The position numbers and the translations under genes were made by a program. This document shows positions 48,282 to 59,407 of a DNA stretch of 64,000 bases, piece after piece. The first letter of the stretch is position 1, and every line of letters begins with the position of its first letter. The notes below the pieces were generated by a model. It saw nothing but the letters and a program-made list of their open reading frames with translations, was not told the origin of the DNA and ran no database searches. This DNA is from Deltaproteobacteria bacterium. GTDB taxonomy: Bacteria > Desulfobacterota > GWC2-55-46 > JAJCZF01. Location of the stretch: assembly GCA_029262475.1 (NCBI GenBank), contig JAJCZG010000119.1, forward strand, positions 3,378 through 67,377. Reading direction: 5' to 3'.

Positions 48282-49253
48282 CTAGCCAAGCAATTTTGCC
48301 GCTTCCTTTGCGAAATAAGTAATTACGAGATCTGCGCCGGCGCGCTTGATGCCCATAAGGGATTCCATCATAACGCGGTCGCCGTCGATCCAGCCCTTTT
48401 CAGCCGCAGCCTTGACCATTGAAAACTCGCCGCTTACGTTGTACGCCGCTACCGGGTAGCGTGTTTCATCCTTGATTCTTCTAATTATATCGAGATAAGG
48501 GAGCGCGGGTTTTACCATAATAATATCCGCGCCCTCGGAGATATCAAGCAACACTTCCCTTATTGCCTCGTCGGAGTTAGGTGCGTCCATCTGGTAGGTG
48601 CGCCTGTCGCCGAACTCCGGCACAGACTCCGCCGCGTCGCGAAACGGCCCGTAGAAGGCGCTTGCGTACTTGGCCGCATAACTCATGATCGGAATATTTT
48701 GGAAGCCGTTCTCGTCGAGCATCGACCTTATCGCCCCGACACGCCCGTCCATCATATCCGACGGGGCCACCATATCGGCTCCGGCTTCAGCGTGCGAGAG
48801 CGCTTCGGCAGCGAGGAGCGTAAGGGTCGAATCGTTATCGACATCGCCATTTTTTATGATACCACAGTGCCCATGTGAAGTATACTCGCACATACAGACA
48901 TCGGTCACTACGACCATCTCCGGAATGGCCGCCTTTATTGCTCTTACAGAGCGTTGTACAGGCCCATCGGGGTCGAATGCGCTCGAACCTGTCTCGTCCT
49001 TCTCCTCGGGTATGCCGAATAGAATTACAGACGGTATGCCGAGCGACCACGCCTCCTCGGCGTCCTTTACGATATTCTCTACGGATAACTGGTAGTGGCC
49101 CGGCATGGAAGCTATCGGGTTCCTTACCCCCTCGCCGTATATGGCGAATAACGGGAGAATAAAATCGTTTGGAGTAAGCACCGTCTCGCTAAGCATCCTC
49201 CTTAGTGTCGGCGTCCCCCTGAGCCTTCTTAAACGTGTAACCGGGAAATCCAT
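48282..49253 (-). CDS. hemB: Porphobilinogen synthase
   Basis: DVCMCEYTSHGHCG, SDMMDGR, FYGPFRDA, MVKP. Confidence 0.97.
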   Translation of the reverse strand: MDFPVTRLRRLRGTPTLRRMLSETVLTPNDFILPLFAIYGEGVRNPIASMPGHYQLSVENIVKDAEEAWSLGIPSVILFGIPEEKDETGSSAFDPDGPVQRSVRAIKAAIPEMVVVTDVCMCEYTSHGHCGIIKNGDVDNDSTLTLLAAEALSHAEAGADMVAPSDMMDGRVGAIRSMLDENGFQNIPIMSYAAKYASAFYGPFRDAAESVPEFGDRRTYQMDAPNSDEAIREVLLDISEGADIIMVKPALPYLDIIRRIKDETRYPVAAYNVSGEFSMVKAAAEKGWIDGDRVMMESLMGIKRAGADLVITYFAKEAAKLLG

Positions 49254-49255
49254 CT

Positions 49256-50818
49256 CTAAACTTCCTTTCTCATCTCGTCAGTTGAGTAAAAGCGTTCCAT
49301 CTCTTCGGTAAGACCGTCGATGGTATAATTTTTTGGCATGATATCCACAGTAATGCCGAACTCTCTGGCCGTATCTGCCGTAACCGGCCCTATGCAGGCG
49401 ACTTTAGTCCCTTTAAGTATCTCTTTAAGGCTCCTCTTGCCGATGATGCTAACGAAGTTCTTAACCGTACTCGATGAAGTAAATGTCACGACGTCGATAC
49501 CTCCGGCGAGGAACTCTTCCTTTATCTCACTAGCCCGCTTCCTGGGAGCAATAGTTCTGTAGGCATCTACTACGTCAATCTTGCCGCCGTGCTTTTTAAT
49601 CTCTACGGGGATTACATCCCTTGCAACGGCAGCGCGCGGGAGGAGAAATTTCTTTCCCTTTATCCCCTCCTTGGAGAGCGCGTCTATAACCGCTTCGGCG
49701 ATAAACTCCCTCGGCGTCAGGTCAACGCCTATATTTTCGTCCAGTACGGCCCGGGCCGTCATCGGCCCTATGGCGCATATCTTAACGCCCTTTAGCTCCC
49801 TTACGTCTAAGCCAAGCTTCGTTAGCCTCGAAAAGAAATGCTTAACACCGTTAACGCTCGTAAAGAGAATCCAGTCGTATGTTGAAAGGCGTTTTATCAC
49901 TCTATCGAGCCCATTGAAGCTCTCCGGGTCCGTTATCTTTATCGTCGGGAAGCTTACCGGGGCCGCCCCCCGCTCCGATAAAATCTTTAAAAAACTCCCG
50001 GCCTGCTCAAGGGTTCTCGTAACGAGCACGCGCCTTCCGAAGAGCGGTTTCGACTCGAACCAGTTAAGGCGCTCCCGTAGTCTTACTACGCTTCCGATAA
50101 CGATCATCACCGGGGTCTGGACCTTTGCCTTTGTAGCAAGTGTAGCTATCGACTCTACCGGGCCGGTAATCGTCTGCTGCGCGCTGGTGGTGCCGTCGCG
50201 AACGAGCGCTACGGGCGTATCCGGGGCCATGCCGCCGCTCATGAGCTTATCGGCAATTAACTTCAGGTTCCTCCGCCCCATGAGGATAACTATCGTCTCC
50301 GAGGCCGTAGCAAGCGCGCTCCACTCCTCGTCTGTCCTTTTATTTACCGCCCCCCTGTGCCCCGATATTACCGTAACCGAAGAGGAATAGTCCCTGTGTG
50401 TAAGGGATATTCCGGCGTATGCCGGGGCCGCCACGACACTCGTCACGCCGGGGATGACCTCGAAGTCTATGCCGTCGGCTGTGAGCCGTTCGCACTCTTC
50501 AGCGCCCCTGCCGAAGAGGAACGGGTCTCCACCCTTCAGGCGAAGGACAATTTTTCCTTGCCGTGCCTTCCTGGAGAGGAGCTTACTGATTTCAATCTGG
50601 TTTGCGCTCTCGTCGCCGCCGTTCTTGCCGACAAATATCAGCTCGGTGTCTTTGCGGGCGTATTCGAGCAGTTCGTTATTAGCCAGGAGATCGTAGACGA
50701 TACAGTCGGCTCTCTTTAGTGCCTCGACCGCCTTCACCGTAACGAGCCCCGGGTCTCCCGGGCCCGCGCCGGTAATATAAACCTTGCCGGTCTTTTTCTT
50801 GAGAGTCTTCGGCGGCAC
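49256..50818 (-). CDS. cobA: Uroporphyrinogen-III C-methyltransferase / uroporphyrinogen-III synthase fusion
   Basis: GAGPGD, RLKGGDP, then VLVTR, FTSVNGV, FTSSSTV, IGPVT. Confidence 0.95.
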   Translation of the reverse strand: MPPKTLKKKTGKVYITGAGPGDPGLVTVKAVEALKRADCIVYDLLANNELLEYARKDTELIFVGKNGGDESANQIEISKLLSRKARQGKIVLRLKGGDPFLFGRGAEECERLTADGIDFEVIPGVTSVVAAPAYAGISLTHRDYSSSVTVISGHRGAVNKRTDEEWSALATASETIVILMGRRNLKLIADKLMSGGMAPDTPVALVRDGTTSAQQTITGPVESIATLATKAKVQTPVMIVIGSVVRLRERLNWFESKPLFGRRVLVTRTLEQAGSFLKILSERGAAPVSFPTIKITDPESFNGLDRVIKRLSTYDWILFTSVNGVKHFFSRLTKLGLDVRELKGVKICAIGPMTARAVLDENIGVDLTPREFIAEAVIDALSKEGIKGKKFLLPRAAVARDVIPVEIKKHGGKIDVVDAYRTIAPRKRASEIKEEFLAGGIDVVTFTSSSTVKNFVSIIGKRSLKEILKGTKVACIGPVTADTAREFGITVDIMPKNYTIDGLTEEMERFYSTDEMRKEV

Positions 50819-50821
50819 CCT

Positions 50822-51763
50822 CTACTCCGAGGCCGGCTCTACGTCGTAGAGCTCCTTCAGTATCTCGTAGGCTCCGTCTTTAAGAAGCTTCTCCGCAAGG
50901 CATATACCGAGAGGTTCGGCCTCACTGACCTTGCCAGTAACTTTATCCTTAATTATCCTCTCGCCATCGGTGCTGGCGACCAAACCTCTAAGGGTTAGCG
51001 AGTCTCTGTCTACCGTGGCGAATGCGGCTATCGGCACCTGACACCCGCCCTCTAACCTCCTTAGGAGCGCACGTTCTGCCGTGACAGCGGCGTCAGTATC
51101 GGGGTGGTTAAAGAAGGCCGCCATCTCGTTAGTTTCGTCGTCGCCAATGCGCGTCTCTATGCCGAGTGCGCCCTGGCCTATAGCCGGGAGCATCACCTCG
51201 GGGTCGAAGTATTCCGTAATGGATTCACCCCAACCGAGCCTCCTAAGACCTGCTCCGGCGAGGACTATCGCGTCGTAGACACCTTCCTTAGCCTTACGGA
51301 GGCGCGTGTCGATATTCCCGCGTAAATCTTCAATCTTTATATCCGGCCTGAGCGCCAGTATCTGCGACTTCCGCCTGAGGCTTGACGTCCCTATGACCGC
51401 GCCCTGCGGGAGCTCTTTAAAAGACTTATAATCTCTCGATATTAACGCGTCCCTCGGGTCTTCCCTCTCAGTCGTGAAGGCGAGCTTTAAGCCCTCGGGG
51501 AAGAAGGTCGGCACGTCCTTCATGGAGTGGACCGCAAGGTGCGCTTCGTTTGCCAGGAGGGCTTCTTCTATCTCCTTGGTAAAGAGCCCCTTGCCGCCAA
51601 CTTGAGCGAGAGGTACGTCGGTAATTTTATCGCCCGTCGTCTTTATCTTATTTAGTTCGACTTCGACCCCGGGGTATCTCTTTAGTAACTCCGAACGAAC
51701 CCACTCGGCCTGCCAGAGCGCGAGCTGGCTGCCGCGCGTAGCTATAATAATCTTTTTACTCAA
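50822..51763 (-). CDS. hemC: Hydroxymethylbilane synthase
   Basis: TRGSQLALWQ, KGLFTKE, HSMKD, GTSSLRR, GGCQVP. Confidence 0.97.
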   Translation of the reverse strand: MSKKIIIATRGSQLALWQAEWVRSELLKRYPGVEVELNKIKTTGDKITDVPLAQVGGKGLFTKEIEEALLANEAHLAVHSMKDVPTFFPEGLKLAFTTEREDPRDALISRDYKSFKELPQGAVIGTSSLRRKSQILALRPDIKIEDLRGNIDTRLRKAKEGVYDAIVLAGAGLRRLGWGESITEYFDPEVMLPAIGQGALGIETRIGDDETNEMAAFFNHPDTDAAVTAERALLRRLEGGCQVPIAAFATVDRDSLTLRGLVASTDGERIIKDKVTGKVSEAEPLGICLAEKLLKDGAYEILKELYDVEPASE

Positions 51764-51842
51764 TCTCTTGCCGCCTTCCTTGGTTTAATAGTCCGCCGGA
51801 AGCTACTACAAGCTCCGGTGGGCCGCCCGTTGATAAAAACCC

Positions 51843-53150
51843 TTAATCCTCAGAGTTCTGGGCCTTCTTCTGTTTATCCAATTCTTCGCTGAGGTCAAAT
51901 AGTTTCCTCGAAGCCTCGATATAGAAATCCCCGTCCACTGTGTCGGCCTCGCGCTTAAGGTGCTGCACGGGGTTATGGAGTATCTTCTTTATGATAGCCA
52001 CCGTCATGGCGTCTATCGTTTCTCGCTGCTTGTCGGTAAGGTCGTCGTTCATCATGGAGAATGCTTTTTGCATCTCGCTTTTTCTTATATCGTTAAAGCT
52101 ATTTTTTAGCGCGATGATAGTCGGAACGACGTTAAGGGACTTGACCCACTGATAGAATACATCTATCTCCTCGTCGATTATCGTCTCGGCCTCGCCTGCC
52201 TCCTTGGAGCGTTCCTTAAGGTTTGCGTTAACGACATTTTCAAGGTCGTCAACGTCGTAGACGTACGAGCCGTCAACGTTATTAACGAGCGGGTCGATAT
52301 TTCTCGGCACGGAGATATCTATAAAGAACATCGGGGCGTATTTTCTCTCACGCATTACCTCGCGCACCATCTCGGGCTTTATGATAAATTTAGGTGAGGC
52401 GGTCGAAGCCACTACGATATCGACCTCTTTAAGGAAGTGCGGAAACTCGCGAAGCATTATCGCCGTACCGTTAAAAGTCCGCGATAACTCGACCGCGCGC
52501 TCGTAGGTACGGTTGGTGATCATTATTTCTCGTACGCCGGCGTTAAGGAAGTGACGGGCCGCAAGCTCGGCCATCTCACCCGCGCCGATGAGCATGACGG
52601 TCTTCCCGGTGATGTCGCCGAATATCTTCTTGCCTAACTCAACAGCCGCAAAACTTATGGATACCGCCGCGGCCCCTATCCTCGTCTCGGTCCTTATCCT
52701 CTTTGCAACGGAAAAGGTCTTGTGATAGAGCTTATTTAGTACCACTCCGGCGGTATCGAAGTGAACGGCGTTACCGTAGGCGTCCTTTACCTGTCCGAGT
52801 ATCTGCGGCTCTCCGACGACCATGGAGTCGAGCCCTGCGGCCACCCTGAATAGGTGTCTTACGGCGTCTTGACCCTTGTGGACATAGAGGTGCTCGTCTA
52901 GCTCCTCAAGCGGGATCTTGCTGGACTCGGCGAGAAAACGTTTCACCTCCCAGACACCCTTCTCGATATCGCTTGAGACAGCTGAGATCTCGACCCTGTT
53001 ACAGGTAGAGAGTATGACGCACTCGTTAACGCCGTATGAGCCGCAAAGAGCCTTTAAGGAGTCTCCGAGGATTTCATCGGAGTAGGATAGCTTTTCCCTG
53101 ATCTCAACCGTTGCCGATTTATGGTTAAGTCCGACTATTACAAGGTTCAT
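51843..53150 (-). CDS. hemA: Glutamyl-tRNA reductase
   Basis: GLNHK, LSTCNR, GEPQILGQ, GAGEM, DISVPR. Confidence 0.97.
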   Translation of the reverse strand: MNLVIVGLNHKSATVEIREKLSYSDEILGDSLKALCGSYGVNECVILSTCNRVEISAVSSDIEKGVWEVKRFLAESSKIPLEELDEHLYVHKGQDAVRHLFRVAAGLDSMVVGEPQILGQVKDAYGNAVHFDTAGVVLNKLYHKTFSVAKRIRTETRIGAAAVSISFAAVELGKKIFGDITGKTVMLIGAGEMAELAARHFLNAGVREIMITNRTYERAVELSRTFNGTAIMLREFPHFLKEVDIVVASTASPKFIIKPEMVREVMRERKYAPMFFIDISVPRNIDPLVNNVDGSYVYDVDDLENVVNANLKERSKEAGEAETIIDEEIDVFYQWVKSLNVVPTIIALKNSFNDIRKSEMQKAFSMMNDDLTDKQRETIDAMTVAIIKKILHNPVQHLKREADTVDGDFYIEASRKLFDLSEELDKQKKAQNSED

Positions 53151-53183
53151 CTAAAAAAAATCCTTTTAAAAAAGACGTAACGT

Positions 53184-54002
53184 TTACCTGAGGAGCCCGT
53201 GAGCCCCACCCGCAAGTATATTAATAATAAAGTACGAGCATATCATCACGCAAAACGCGGCAGTTGACAAAAGCGCCGCCTTTCTCCCCCGCCACCCGAC
53301 TGTAAGCCTGCCGTGGAGGAGAGCCGCGTAGAGGAGCCACTCAATTAGCGAAAAGATCTGGCGGTGCTTCCACTCCCAGTAGTTTCCGGTTGCGTATTCA
53401 CTCCATATCGCGCCGGTTATCATCGCGAGCGTAAGGAGCGTAAACCCGTAGCTTATGCATCTGTATCCAACCTCATCGAGCACCTCTAGTGACGGGAGGA
53501 GAAAATATGTCCCGCCAAGCTTTCGGCTCTTAAGGTAGTGGTTCTGTATCAAATACATAAGCGCAAAGAAGAAGGCCAGCGCAAAGCTCGCATTACCGAG
53601 AAACGCGAGAAGTATATGAAACGGCAGCCAGTAGCTCTCTAGCACCGGCGCAAGAGGCACGATCTCCTTTGGCATAAACGACGCCGTTAAAATAAGCATC
53701 AGCGAAAACGGCGCAACGAACGCCCCCAGGACCGAAAGCCTGTACTTATAGAGGATCACGAAGTAGAGCCCCACCGTGACCCAGGCAAAGAGTATGAGCG
53801 ACTCGTGAAAGCTCGCTGCAGGCGTCCTCCCTGCCTCCATCCAGCGTCCGAGTATCGTTATCGTATTCACCGAGAATGCGCCTATAAGGGCGTACTTCCC
53901 GAAGTCGAGAAGCCTTTCGCGGTGGGTGGTCAGATACCCGAAGTACAAGACCGTCGATACTATATAGACAGCTACCGTTATGTAGAAAAAGATTAAACTC
54001 AT
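53184..54002 (-). CDS. ccsA: Cytochrome c biogenesis CcsA/HemX-family membrane protein
   Basis: WLPFH, TGAIW...WEWK, LHGR..GWRG; ATG 54002. Confidence 0.85.
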   Translation of the reverse strand: MSLIFFYITVAVYIVSTVLYFGYLTTHRERLLDFGKYALIGAFSVNTITILGRWMEAGRTPAASFHESLILFAWVTVGLYFVILYKYRLSVLGAFVAPFSLMLILTASFMPKEIVPLAPVLESYWLPFHILLAFLGNASFALAFFFALMYLIQNHYLKSRKLGGTYFLLPSLEVLDEVGYRCISYGFTLLTLAMITGAIWSEYATGNYWEWKHRQIFSLIEWLLYAALLHGRLTVGWRGRKAALLSTAAFCVMICSYFIINILAGGAHGLLR

Positions 54003-54006
54003 CTGG

Positions 54007-54675
54007 TTATTTCTTCCAATCGACCCCGAGGCCGGATACGGTGAAACCCTCCCCAAAAAGTCCTTTAAGGAGGCCGTTTACCTTATCCTCCGCCCCGTGA
54101 CGGATCCACCCGAGTGCAGTGGGGGTGAGTAGAGAGTCGTATAATCTTTTCAGTTTAACCTCTTTCTGCTTATCTTTCAATAACTTAATGCGTACTGCCC
54201 CGGCAACTTCCAGGAGCCTTGAGTACTCGGGCCCTATCTCGCCTTCGAGTTCTTCTCTTATATGTTTAGCCAGGTACGGGCTCTTTCCCGAGGTCGATAC
54301 GGCTATCTTAAGCGGGCCGCGCTCTATTACAGAGGGGACCAGAAAGTCGCATCCCTCCGGGTCGTCGGCGATATTTACCGGCATCCCGGCGGCCTTGGCA
54401 ATACCGGCGACCCTCTGATTTACGCTCCTCGTAGAGGAGGCTGCGAATACGAGGAAAGCCCCGTCCATATCATCGGCGGAGAAACGTTTTTGCCTGTGGC
54501 TAATACGTCCCCCGGCGAGAAGCTCCGTAAGCCCCGGCGTAAGCCTCGGGCTTACGACCGTTACCGAAGCCCCGCAACCAACAAGGGAGCGGACCTTTCT
54601 CTCGGCCACCTTCCCGCCACCAACTACGAGGCACGGTCTGCCGTCGACTTCGAAGAAGAGCGGGTAGTAGGACAT
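54007..54675 (-). CDS. sirC: Precorrin-2 dehydrogenase / sirohydrochlorin ferrochelatase (CysG N-terminal type)
   Basis: YYPLF, VVGGGKVAERK, NIADDP..CDF, STSGKSP. Confidence 0.9.
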   Translation of the reverse strand: MSYYPLFFEVDGRPCLVVGGGKVAERKVRSLVGCGASVTVVSPRLTPGLTELLAGGRISHRQKRFSADDMDGAFLVFAASSTRSVNQRVAGIAKAAGMPVNIADDPEGCDFLVPSVIERGPLKIAVSTSGKSPYLAKHIREELEGEIGPEYSRLLEVAGAVRIKLLKDKQKEVKLKRLYDSLLTPTALGWIRHGAEDKVNGLLKGLFGEGFTVSGLGVDWKK

Positions 54676-54862
54676 CCTTACACTCCAATCAGGTAAACTT
54701 TAATAATTTTAGCACTTGGGCTTATAATTATCCTTAAACGAGTATTAAAATAATTTCACATTCCAAGTGCCAGCCCGACCTGGAGACCTACGGCTATCCC
54801 TAATAGTATATATCGGACTAATTGATAGAGAATTTAAGGAAAAAAGGAGAAGCGCATAGACC

Positions 54863-56110
54863 CTACCGGGTAATTAACCCCTCCAGGTCGCTGCCGGAAG
54901 GGCTTTGGAAGGCCCTGAGGTCGAATTCCCCCAGGACCGCGAGGAGATGATCGAATATATCTGATTGAATATCTTCATAATTCACCCAGTCCTTATCCTT
55001 GCTGAAGACGTATATCTCTATCGGAAGCCCCTTATCGGCAGGGGCAAGCTGCCGTACGAGGAGCGTCATCTCTTTATTAATCATGGGATGATTTTTTAAG
55101 TACGATAAAACGTAAGCCCTGAATGTTCCGACATTTGTAAGCCTTCTGCCGTTTACAGGGCTTTTGTCATCTACCCCCTTGGAGGCGTTATAGTTACTTA
55201 CCTCCTTCTCTTTGGCGTCTATATAGGCGGATATATACTGGACCTTTCTGAAACGGTCGAGCATCTCCGGAGTACAGAGCTTTATCGTGCCGATATCGAC
55301 GTATATGGACCTCTTGATGCGCCTTCCGTCCGACTCGTCCATGCCGCGCCAGTTCTTAAACGAACCGCTTATGAGGGCGTACGTCGGCACCGTGGTGATG
55401 GTCTTGTCGAAGTTTTGCACCTTTACGGTAGTAAGCGTTATCTCCAAAACGTCCCCGTCGGCCCCGTACTGCGGCACCTCTACCCAGTCCCCCGTGGCTA
55501 TCATCCTGTTGGTGATGAGCTGTATGCCGGCGACGAAGCCAAGGATAGAGTCCTTGAAGACGAGCATCAGGACAGCCGTAAGGGCGCCTAGGCCGCTAAG
55601 TATATAGAGCGGCGTCTTACCGAGAATTACGGAGACGACGACTATGGCGCCGAGGAAGAAGATGATTATCTTAAAGACCTGGATAAAACCCTTGATGGGG
55701 ATATTCCTGGAGACCTCATAGGAGCGGTATATATCGACGACGGCGTTAAGAAACGAGTCTATAACAAGGAGTAGAACTATTATCAGGTAGATTAGCGTAA
55801 TGGAGACTACGGCGGCCGAGGCCCTCTCGTATCCGGTAAGCGCCTCTGAGGCCATCAGGTATACGACAAGCCCCGGGGCCAGGTGGGAGAGCTTATTAAA
55901 GACCTTCCTGTCGAGAATTGCGTCGTCCCAGGACGTTCTGGTGCGGCCGATGATACGCGCCACACAGGTGACGATAATACGCCTTGCCACGAAATCGGCG
56001 ACAATGCAGAGAATTATTATTATCGCTACCGCAGCGATACGGACGGTGAGATATGCGGCTACTCCGTCAAGGCCGAGAAGCGTAGCGTATTGTATCAATA
56101 ATTCTAACAT
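54863..56110 (-). CDS. MscS-family mechanosensitive channel (YbdG-like)
   Basis: FKDSILG, GDWVE, ADGDV, FKNWRGM..GRRIKRS, TNVGTFRAY. Confidence 0.92.
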   Translation of the reverse strand: MLELLIQYATLLGLDGVAAYLTVRIAAVAIIIILCIVADFVARRIIVTCVARIIGRTRTSWDDAILDRKVFNKLSHLAPGLVVYLMASEALTGYERASAAVVSITLIYLIIVLLLVIDSFLNAVVDIYRSYEVSRNIPIKGFIQVFKIIIFFLGAIVVVSVILGKTPLYILSGLGALTAVLMLVFKDSILGFVAGIQLITNRMIATGDWVEVPQYGADGDVLEITLTTVKVQNFDKTITTVPTYALISGSFKNWRGMDESDGRRIKRSIYVDIGTIKLCTPEMLDRFRKVQYISAYIDAKEKEVSNYNASKGVDDKSPVNGRRLTNVGTFRAYVLSYLKNHPMINKEMTLLVRQLAPADKGLPIEIYVFSKDKDWVNYEDIQSDIFDHLLAVLGEFDLRAFQSPSGSDLEGLITR

Positions 56111-56262
56111 CGTAATCCTTAATAAAGATTCATGGCCGCCGGTGACCGTAAGGCTTTAAGCTACCGCCGTCTAACCTGAATTATCATCTGGTTCTGATTT
56201 ACTTTAGAATTTAACATGAGATCAAGCTGAGACCGGGTCTTTAGGCCGCCTTTAGAGCGCCT

Positions 56263-57132
56263 TTAGTAAAATGCGGAACATTCCTTCTCGTAGACCTCGC
56301 CGACTTCGCTGACGAGACCTTCGATCCTGTCGGGCTTTACGCCAAGGAAGGAGGTTGATTCCAATTCTTCGATCACCACAGATTCGTTGGGGATGCGGTA
56401 GCCTATGCCGAGCATTTTACAGATATTATCCGCGAGGTTAATGCAGGCTACCGCCCTCGCCGTAAACATATCCTCAATATCCTCAAGCGCGGATCTCTTC
56501 AGGTGGTGCCTCGCCATAATATCGGAGAAGATCCGGGGAAAACCCCACACCGCTACGACCCTGGAGCCGACCTCGGCATGGTCGTATCCGAAGACCTCCT
56601 GCTCGGCGCATATAGACTCGACATCCTCGTTATAGGTAAGCTTCATTACATCGACATAGGCCTCGGGTATCTCGTTGTTCATTATCACCTTTCCGAGGTC
56701 GTGCATAAGGCCGCCTAAGAAGGCAATATCCTTTAACTCAGCACAGCACATATCGCTTACCTTCTTGGAGGCGATGGCCGTGCCTATGGAGTGGTCCCAC
56801 ATCATCTGCTCGGTTATGCCGAAGCGTTTATACTGGGAACGCGTCGAGATGGTTATTACGAGGTCTTTGATGGAGTTAAAACCGAGGACGAGTATAGCCT
56901 GCCTGAGGCTCGTGACTTCGTGGGCCAGCCCGTAGAAGGGGCTGTTGGCGATCTTGAGTATCTTTGTGGCTATGGACTGATCCTTCTCAATGGTGCTGCT
57001 CAGCTCCTGGATCGAGGTATTGTCGTCGGCCACCATGCCGATAACCTTTCGCGCGACAAAGGGCAGTACCTTCTGGTCCGCGGTATTTTGTATCAGTTCA
57101 TCAATTGTTGGGACTTCCAATGTCGCCTCCAT
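56263..57132 (-). CDS. HDOD-domain protein
   Basis: KILKIANSPFYG, AILVLG, WDHS, GLMHDLGK, EQEVFGYDHA. Confidence 0.92.
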   Translation of the reverse strand: MEATLEVPTIDELIQNTADQKVLPFVARKVIGMVADDNTSIQELSSTIEKDQSIATKILKIANSPFYGLAHEVTSLRQAILVLGFNSIKDLVITISTRSQYKRFGITEQMMWDHSIGTAIASKKVSDMCCAELKDIAFLGGLMHDLGKVIMNNEIPEAYVDVMKLTYNEDVESICAEQEVFGYDHAEVGSRVVAVWGFPRIFSDIMARHHLKRSALEDIEDMFTARAVACINLADNICKMLGIGYRIPNESVVIEELESTSFLGVKPDRIEGLVSEVGEVYEKECSAFY

Positions 57133-57310
57133 AAGTAAATGCGGGGTACAGACCGCCTCTGATGCCGGTACATAACAAAAGTGGAAGAATCACAGTAATT
57201 GAGGTATAAATAATATACACCCTTCAAGAGAAATACACAATATTATTTGACTTTTTCGCATATACGCCTGCTTCGGATCTGACCCGGGCTAAGAACGCGC
57301 CAGATGCTTT

Positions 57311-57748
57311 TCAGGAAACTTTCGACCTCTCCTTCAGGAGCAGTTCCCTTCCTTCGAGCGCAAGCTCAGCCATATTCATGCTCTCCAGAGCCTCGATGAA
57401 CTTCTCCTGAGCATGTTTCCAGACAAACGTAGTAGGGCATAAGACCTCCCTTGAACACTCTCCCTTGACGCAGAGGTTAAGAGAGACCGGACCCTCGATA
57501 ATCTCTATTATCTCGCGTACGGTTATAAGGGACGGGTCACGGGCAATCTCAAAGCCTCCGCCGGCGCCCCTCATCGACTTTGCTATGCCTGCCTTTACAA
57601 GATCCTGCATTATTTTGGCCAGATATGTCTTTGGTATATCCTGGGCCTCGCTTATTTCGCTTACCAGAGATACCCCGCCTGCTTCGCGCGAAGAGAGGTA
57701 AAGGACCGCCCTCACAGCATACTCGGCTCGCATTGAAATTTTAAACAC
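57311..57748 (-). CDS. Rrf2-family transcriptional regulator with three Cys (likely Fe-S binding)
   Basis: EYAVRA, YLAKI, SMRGAGGG, IEG..C-X4-C-X5-C; GTG 57748 (alternative ATG 57772). Confidence 0.9.
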   Translation of the reverse strand: MFKISMRAEYAVRAVLYLSSREAGGVSLVSEISEAQDIPKTYLAKIMQDLVKAGIAKSMRGAGGGFEIARDPSLITVREIIEIIEGPVSLNLCVKGECSREVLCPTTFVWKHAQEKFIEALESMNMAELALEGRELLLKERSKVS

Positions 57749-57897
57749 AGTCTCCCCGCCTTTCTGGTACATTCTCCAAAATTGACATATGGCTCCCCTC
57801 GAGCCCCCCAGTTGCGACGAATGGAGGCGGTAAGAACCGCCTTCACTTAATACGTACCGCTTACTTGAAGCAGCGGTTTATATTAACTCGCCGGGCC

Positions 57898-59337
57898 CTA
57901 CCCTCCGAGCTTCTCTTTAAGCAGCTTATTTATGAGGCCCGGGTTTCCCTGCCCCCTCGTCGCCTTCATAGTCTGCCCTACGAAGAAGCCCATAAGCTTC
58001 GTCTCGCCGCCCCTGAATCTCTCCACCTCGTCAGGGTTGGCGCTAAGCACTTTGTCTATCGCGCCCGAAAGCTCGCCGGTATCGGATATCTGAGTTAGCC
58101 CCTTCTCCTTAACCACGGCTTCGGCAGACTTTTTACTCTTATACATCTCCTCGAAGACGTCTTTCCCGACCTTATTGCTTATAGCACCCTTCTTTATCAT
58201 CCCTATGAGCTCCGTTAAGGCCTCGGGGCCTACCGGACAATCCTCTATGGAGCGGTTCTCCTCGTTAAGGAGCCTTAGAAGTTCGCCCATGATCCAGTTC
58301 GATGCTACCTTGGCGTCTCCGGCGAGCTTTACCGTCTCCTCATAGTAATCGGCAAGTGGGCGCTCCGACGTTAGCACCCCGGCGTCGTAGGGGGGTAAAT
58401 TGTACTCCTCTATGAAGCGCACCTTCTTCGCCGCCGGAAGCTCCGGGAGAGAATCCTTAAGATCCGAAATCATCTCTTCGGTAACTACGAGAGGCATAAG
58501 GTCAGGCTCCGGGAAGTACCGGTAATCGTGGGCCTCTTCCTTGCTCCTCATCGATACCGTAACGCCCCTTTGGGAATCCCATAGCCTCGTCTCCTGCACG
58601 ATCTTCTCACCGTCCTCGATGGCCTCTATCTGACGGTCTATCTCGTAGCTTATGGCGTCCTTTACGAACTTAAACGAGTTTATATTCTTCATCTCCGTAC
58701 GTGTGCCGAACTCCTCCTGCCCAACGGGCCTTACCGAAACATTGGCGTCGCACCTAAAACTTCCCTCATCCATGTTACCGTCCGAGATGCCAAGGTATAC
58801 GACTATGTCGTGGATGGCCTTCAGGTATGCGCTCGCCTCGTCGGGGGTGCGTATATCCGGCTCGCTTACGATCTCTATAAGGGGTACGCAGGTCCTGTTG
58901 AGGTCAACAAAACTCGACCCCGCCTCTTCGGCGGTAGCGCCGTGATTGAGCTTACCCGCGTCCTCTTCCATATGTATACGCGTTATGCCGATGCGTTTGG
59001 TCGCGGCGTCCACCTCGATATCCATGTGGCCGTCTTCGACGAGCGGCTCTTCGTACTGGGATATCTGGTAGCCCTTGGGGAGGTCGGGATAAAAATAATT
59101 TTTCCTTGCGAATACGCTCTCGTGGTTGATGCGGCTCCCTGTGGCGAGCCCCATCATTACTGCATACTCCACGGCGCGCCTATTTAAGACCGGCAGCACG
59201 CCGGGCATCCCAAGGCATACCGGGCAGACCTGGCTGTTTGGCCCGGCGCCGTACTTCGTCGAGCACCCGCAAAAGAGTTTTGATTCGGTCTTGAGCTGGA
59301 CATGTACTTCAAGACCTATTACCGGTTCATAGTTCAT
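57898..59337 (-). CDS. gatB: Asp/Glu-tRNA amidotransferase subunit B
   Basis: [34 protein letters not shown]. Confidence 0.97.
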   Translation of the reverse strand: MNYEPVIGLEVHVQLKTESKLFCGCSTKYGAGPNSQVCPVCLGMPGVLPVLNRRAVEYAVMMGLATGSRINHESVFARKNYFYPDLPKGYQISQYEEPLVEDGHMDIEVDAATKRIGITRIHMEEDAGKLNHGATAEEAGSSFVDLNRTCVPLIEIVSEPDIRTPDEASAYLKAIHDIVVYLGISDGNMDEGSFRCDANVSVRPVGQEEFGTRTEMKNINSFKFVKDAISYEIDRQIEAIEDGEKIVQETRLWDSQRGVTVSMRSKEEAHDYRYFPEPDLMPLVVTEEMISDLKDSLPELPAAKKVRFIEEYNLPPYDAGVLTSERPLADYYEETVKLAGDAKVASNWIMGELLRLLNEENRSIEDCPVGPEALTELIGMIKKGAISNKVGKDVFEEMYKSKKSAEAVVKEKGLTQISDTGELSGAIDKVLSANPDEVERFRGGETKLMGFFVGQTMKATRGQGNPGLINKLLKEKLGG

Positions 59338-59407
59338 TTAGCCATCCTGATATTTTTATTAATCCGTATAATAGCGTTCCTTATTAACAATCTATACACT
59401 GGCTACC

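Noticed and set aside
54757-54773. Possible sigma54 promoter TGGCAC on the minus strand
   Set aside because: -12 position reads GT instead of GC
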